NCBI RefSeq assembly: GCF_001457595.1
Contig: NZ_LN831039.1
Location: 6,210,001 to 6,242,000 of the forward strand
DNA: 32,000 nucleotides
Direction of reading: 5' to 3'
Origin: Mycolicibacterium smegmatis
GTDB lineage: Bacteria; Actinomycetota; Actinomycetes; Mycobacteriales; Mycobacteriaceae
The position numbers were made by a program, and so were the translations under genes. The notes under the pieces are model-generated. The model worked only from the letters and a program-made list of their open reading frames with translations. It was not told the origin of the DNA and searched no databases. Positions 28,649-32,000 of this stretch are shown in pieces. How positions within the stretch are numbered: the stretch's first letter is position 1; each line of letters starts with the position of its first letter.

Positions 28649-29802
28649 CGCATCCCCCGTTGTGTGAACTTCTCGGCGAGAAGTTCCATGCCGCAACCCA
28701 ACCCGGCATCGGCGTGCCACGCTGTGGCGACCTCGAGGCCGCTCTCGTGGCGGCGCAGCACCGCGATCTCACTCAGCCTGCGCCGGCCGGCGAGCCCGCG
28801 ATCGACGTGCAGCAGCACCTGCACCGCCGCGGCGGCCTGACTGCTGAGGGCGTACCGGTCGAGTCCTCCGAGCGCGCCGAGCGCTTCGAGCCGCGCGGGC
28901 ACTTCGGCGGGGCTGTTGGCGTGGACGGTGCCCGCGCCACCGTCGTGGCCGGTGTTGAGCGCGGCGAGCAGATCGACCACCTCGGCGCCCCGGACCTCGC
29001 CGACGACGATGCGATCGGGACGCATCCGCAGGGCCTGCCGGACCAGGTCTCGCACCGTGATCTCGCCGACGCCTTCGACATTGGCGTTGCGCGCCACCAG
29101 TCGCACGACGTGCGGATGCTGCGGCGCGAGTTCGGCGGCGTCCTCGACGCATACGATGCGCTCGTGTCCAGGCACCGTGCCCAGAAGCGCCGACAAGAGC
29201 GTCGTCTTGCCTGCGCCGGTTCCGCCGGAGATCAGGAAAGCGAGCCTGGCGTCGATGACCCTGCGCAGCAGATCGACCGCGGCAGGCGCGATCGCGCCTG
29301 AACGCGCGAGGCTGTCGAGGTTCTGCGTGGCCGGGCGTAGTACGCGCAGTGACAGGCACGTGCCTGCCGCCGCGATGGGAGGCAGCACCGCGTGCAGGCG
29401 CACCGTGAACGGGCCCATGCCGCCGAGGTGGCCATCCACCCACGGCTGGGCCTCGTCGAGGCGCCGCCCGGCGAGCAACGCGAGCCGTTGTGCGAGTCGC
29501 CGCACCGCGGCCTCGTCCGGGAACCGGATGTCAGTGCGGCGCAGTCCATGACCGGCGTCGACCCACACCGCGTCGGGCGCCGTCACCAGCACGTCGGTGG
29601 TGCCGTCGGCACGCAGCAGCGGTTCGAGGACGCCCGCCCCGGTGAGTTCGGTGTCGAGTGCACGCAGATTGCTCAGCACCTCGGTGTCGCCGAGCAGCCC
29701 GCCGGATTCGGCGCGGATCGCCGCGGCCACCACGTCGGGACTCAACGGCGCGGTCTCGGCGACCAGCCGTTCACGTACGCGGTCGATCAGTGACGGGCTC
29801 AC
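28645..29802 (-). CDS. TadA/CpaF family secretion ATPase (Rv3659c-like)
   Basis: AFLISGGTGAGKTTLLSALLG Walker A, GEVRGAEVVDLLAALNTGHDGGAGTVHAN. The upstream extension to 30339 in the track is antisense/out-of-frame to ssd; GTG 29802 used. Confidence 0.92.
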   Translation of the reverse strand: MSPSLIDRVRERLVAETAPLSPDVVAAAIRAESGGLLGDTEVLSNLRALDTELTGAGVLEPLLRADGTTDVLVTAPDAVWVDAGHGLRRTDIRFPDEAAVRRLAQRLALLAGRRLDEAQPWVDGHLGGMGPFTVRLHAVLPPIAAAGTCLSLRVLRPATQNLDSLARSGAIAPAAVDLLRRVIDARLAFLISGGTGAGKTTLLSALLGTVPGHERIVCVEDAAELAPQHPHVVRLVARNANVEGVGEITVRDLVRQALRMRPDRIVVGEVRGAEVVDLLAALNTGHDGGAGTVHANSPAEVPARLEALGALGGLDRYALSSQAAAAVQVLLHVDRGLAGRRRLSEIAVLRRHESGLEVATAWHADAGLGCGMELLAEKFTQRGMR

Positions 29803-30887
29803 GCCGCCTCCCGCACAGGATGCTGCGCGAGCACGCCGAGCACGCGTCGCGCCGCGGTGGCCAGCGGAGAGCGGCGCGTGAGCCGCAACCCGCCACGTTC
29901 GAGTGCCTCGTCGAGACCGGGCTGCGGACGCATCGACGCCAGCAGCGGCAGGTCGACGATGTCGGCGACCTCGGCGGCACGCAGACCTCCCGGTGCCGGA
30001 CCGCGCACCACCACACCGATGTTGGGATTGCACGTGGCGATCCAGGATCCGGCGGCCGCTGCCGCGGCACACGAACGCACATCGGCGCGGGCGACCACGA
30101 CCACCAGGTCGGCTGCCTCGAGCGCGGCCTCGGCCGCGTCGGTGCTGCGCCGGGGGACGTCGCAGACCACCAAAGTCGCGCCGCGACAACCCGCGTCGAT
30201 CACGGCGTGCAGTGCCGCCGCGGTGATGTCGACGCCCGCGCGTCCACCCGAGAGCACACTGATCTCGCCGCGGCGCGGCAGCGCGTCGCGCAACGCGCCG
30301 TACCCGAGCCTGCCGCCCTGCAGCGCAAGATCCGCCCACCGCAGACCCGGCTGATCCTCACTGCCGAGCACGAGGTCGATGCCGCCGCTCCACGGGTCGG
30401 CGTCGACGAGCAACGCTCCCGGCGCCGACAGGGCAAGCGCGGCGGCGAACACCGATGCCCCGGCGCCGCCTTTCGCCGCGACCACCGCAACCACCGGTCC
30501 GCGGTGTCCACCGCCCTCGTCGACGACAGACAGCGCCGCCACAAGATCGGTGTCCTGGCGGGGCAGCGTCACGACGTGTTGCGCACCGACGGCGATCGCG
30601 GCCTGCCAATCGGCCGGACCCGGTTCGTCGCATCCGATCACGAGCACCCGGTCGCGGCGCGGCAGTCCCCGGTCGGCGCACCGCCGCGCGGCCGACGCGT
30701 CGAGCAGCACGGCCGCCGCGGACAGCCAGGCCTTACGACTCGACGGCATCGCCACCTCGACCAGGTCGACGCCGGCCGCGGCAGCGACCCGGGCCACCTC
30801 CCCACGCAGCAGCGGATCGCCGAGGACCGCGAGAACGGCGGCGGTGTTCCTTTGCTTGTCTGTCCGGGTGTCCTTCGCAGCGGCCAT
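29799..30887 (-). CDS. ssd: Septum site-determining protein Ssd (Rv3660c-like, CpaE/TadZ/MinD-like)
   Basis: VVAVVAAKGGAGASVFAAALALSAPGALLVDADPWSGGIDLVLG; MAAAKDTRTDKQ start at 30887; overlaps tadA start. Confidence 0.88.
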   Translation of the reverse strand: MAAAKDTRTDKQRNTAAVLAVLGDPLLRGEVARVAAAAGVDLVEVAMPSSRKAWLSAAAVLLDASAARRCADRGLPRRDRVLVIGCDEPGPADWQAAIAVGAQHVVTLPRQDTDLVAALSVVDEGGGHRGPVVAVVAAKGGAGASVFAAALALSAPGALLVDADPWSGGIDLVLGSEDQPGLRWADLALQGGRLGYGALRDALPRRGEISVLSGGRAGVDITAAALHAVIDAGCRGATLVVCDVPRRSTDAAEAALEAADLVVVVARADVRSCAAAAAAGSWIATCNPNIGVVVRGPAPGGLRAAEVADIVDLPLLASMRPQPGLDEALERGGLRLTRRSPLATAARRVLGVLAQHPVREAA

Positions 30888-30939
30888 GCCACAAATGTGA
30901 CGGCCACCGATATGTCGGCACCACAGCAGAACCACAATC

Positions 30940-30966
30940 TGTGGATAAATCACAGGTTGTGGATAA
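30940..30966 (-). promoter_or_regulatory. Tandem perfect DnaA boxes
   Basis: TGTGGATAA at 30940-30948 and 30958-30966, each the exact reverse complement of TTATCCACA, same orientation, 18 bp start-to-start. Confidence 0.75.
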
Positions 30967-30974
30967 CTTTGACC

Positions 30975-31290
30975 GGAAATTCTCCGGCAACGACCACTCG
31001 CCACTGACACCGGCACTACGGGCCCGGCAATGACGGGCAATCTCGGCGCGGTTTGCGGAGACGGGAATTTTCCCTGGAAAAGAAGACGACCCCCGCCAGG
31101 GGGGGAGGAGGCGGAGGTCGTCGCGTATCAGCCCCGGGGGGTCGGGCTGATACACCTCGGCATAAGCCGAGTAATGCTCACTATACACATGTAACTGCCG
31201 AAAGTCGCAAGAGATCTGACTGCGAGTTTCCTGCAAGCCGTCTGGCGCTCCGAATGGTGGGAATGTGTCGTGAGCTGCCATTTTGTACCT
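30975..31290 (+). ncRNA. Ms1/MTS2823-type sRNA that binds RNA polymerase core (approximate extent)
   Basis: Position between the ssd and HAD genes matches the published Ms1 (M. smegmatis) and MTS2823 (M. tuberculosis) locus. The interval lacks a credible CDS and contains three successive hairpins at 31085-31171. Boundaries and strand are inferred from recalled knowledge, not determined. Confidence 0.6.
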
Positions 31291-31320
31291 TCGGTCGGTT
31301 ATTGACGCCGAGGGCCATCT

Positions 31321-32000
31321 ATGCTGGCGCTTGTGACCGCATCCGATCGGGCCGCTGAGGAATCGATCGCGGCGACATCCGACGCAACACCCCGCGGCGA
31401 CGATGGTCGCCCCGTGCGCACGGCCGCGTTCTTCGACCTCGACAAGACCGTGATCGCCAAGTCGAGCACGTTGGCATTCAGCAAACCGTTCTTCGACCAA
31501 GGACTGCTGAACCGTCGCACCGTGCTGAAGTCGTCCTACGCGCAGTTCCTCTTCCTGATGTCGGGCGCGGATCACGATCAGATGGACCGGATGCGTGACT
31601 ACATCACAAACATGTGCGCCGGCTGGGACGTCGAACAGGTGAAATCCATCGTCGGCGAGACCCTCCACGGGATCGTCGACCCGCTCGTGTTCGCCGAGGC
31701 CGCCGAGTTGATCGCCGATCACAAGTTGTGCGGCCGCGACGTCGTCGTGGTCTCGGCATCGGGCGAGGAGATCGTCGCCCCCATCGCCAGGGCGCTCGGC
31801 GCCACGCACGCGATGGCCACCCGCATGGTGGTGGAGGACGGCCGGTACACCGGTGAGATCGCGTTCTACTGCTACGGCGAGGGCAAGGCCCAGGCCATCA
31901 AAGCTCTTGCGGCGCGTGAGGGTTACGCGCTCGAGCACTGCTACGCGTACTCGGATTCGATCACCGATCTGCCGATGCTCGAGACGGTGGGGCACCCCAC
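31321..32000 (+). CDS. HAD-IB family hydrolase (Rv3661-like), truncated by window end
   Basis: RTAAFFDLDKTVIAKSSTLAF motif I (DLDKT), VVVVSASGEEIVAPIA, GEGKAQAIKALA, AYSDSITDLPMLETVG. Confidence 0.9.
   Translation, partial: MLALVTASDRAAEESIAATSDATPRGDDGRPVRTAAFFDLDKTVIAKSSTLAFSKPFFDQGLLNRRTVLKSSYAQFLFLMSGADHDQMDRMRDYITNMCAGWDVEQVKSIVGETLHGIVDPLVFAEAAELIADHKLCGRDVVVVSASGEEIVAPIARALGATHAMATRMVVEDGRYTGEIAFYCYGEGKAQAIKALAAREGYALEHCYAYSDSITDLPMLETVGHP

Noticed and set aside
29803-30339. N-terminal extension of the TadA ORF as given in the ORF track
   Set aside because: The extension is the out-of-frame shadow of ssd; GTG 29802 gives the expected TadA N-terminus and the usual 4-bp overlap.
30733-31995. 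420-aa minus-strand ORF across the HAD gene and sRNA locus
   Set aside because: Antisense to the HAD hydrolase, which has DLDKT and other conserved motifs; no recognisable domain in the minus-strand product.

Overview
High-GC actinobacterial chromosome. Gene content and order match Mycobacterium, most likely M. smegmatis (taxonomy is inferred; no search was run). The backbone contains: partial M1 aminopeptidase, MOP-type membrane protein, TetR regulator, D-aminoacylase-type amidohydrolase, UDP-glucose epimerase (rmlB2/galE-like), large membrane protein, PE-PPE-domain serine hydrolase, tRNA-Thr(CGT), DNA pol III delta', membrane adenylate cyclase, topA, an Rv3647c-like gene, cold shock protein, DEAD/DEAH (DUF1998/MrfA-like) helicase, an Rv3651-like gene, an Rv3654c-Rv3660c-like Tad/ssd operon, and an HAD hydrolase running off the right edge. 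A complete IS1096-type ISL3 element lies at 9058-11314, bounded by 26-bp inverted repeats (24/26 identical). It has no matching 8-bp target duplication and abuts a lower-GC accessory cassette (11315-14096). The cassette holds an apparently 5'-truncated 454-aa ORF, an immediately adjacent lipoprotein that is its diverged paralog, and a GTGA-coupled small orphan ORF. This cassette is the best candidate for an under-described system. The second highlight is the ssd/HAD divergent intergenic region (30888-31320). By synteny it is the location of the Ms1/MTS2823 RNA-polymerase-binding sRNA. It contains three successive strong hairpins, preceded by two perfect consensus DnaA boxes 18 bp apart.
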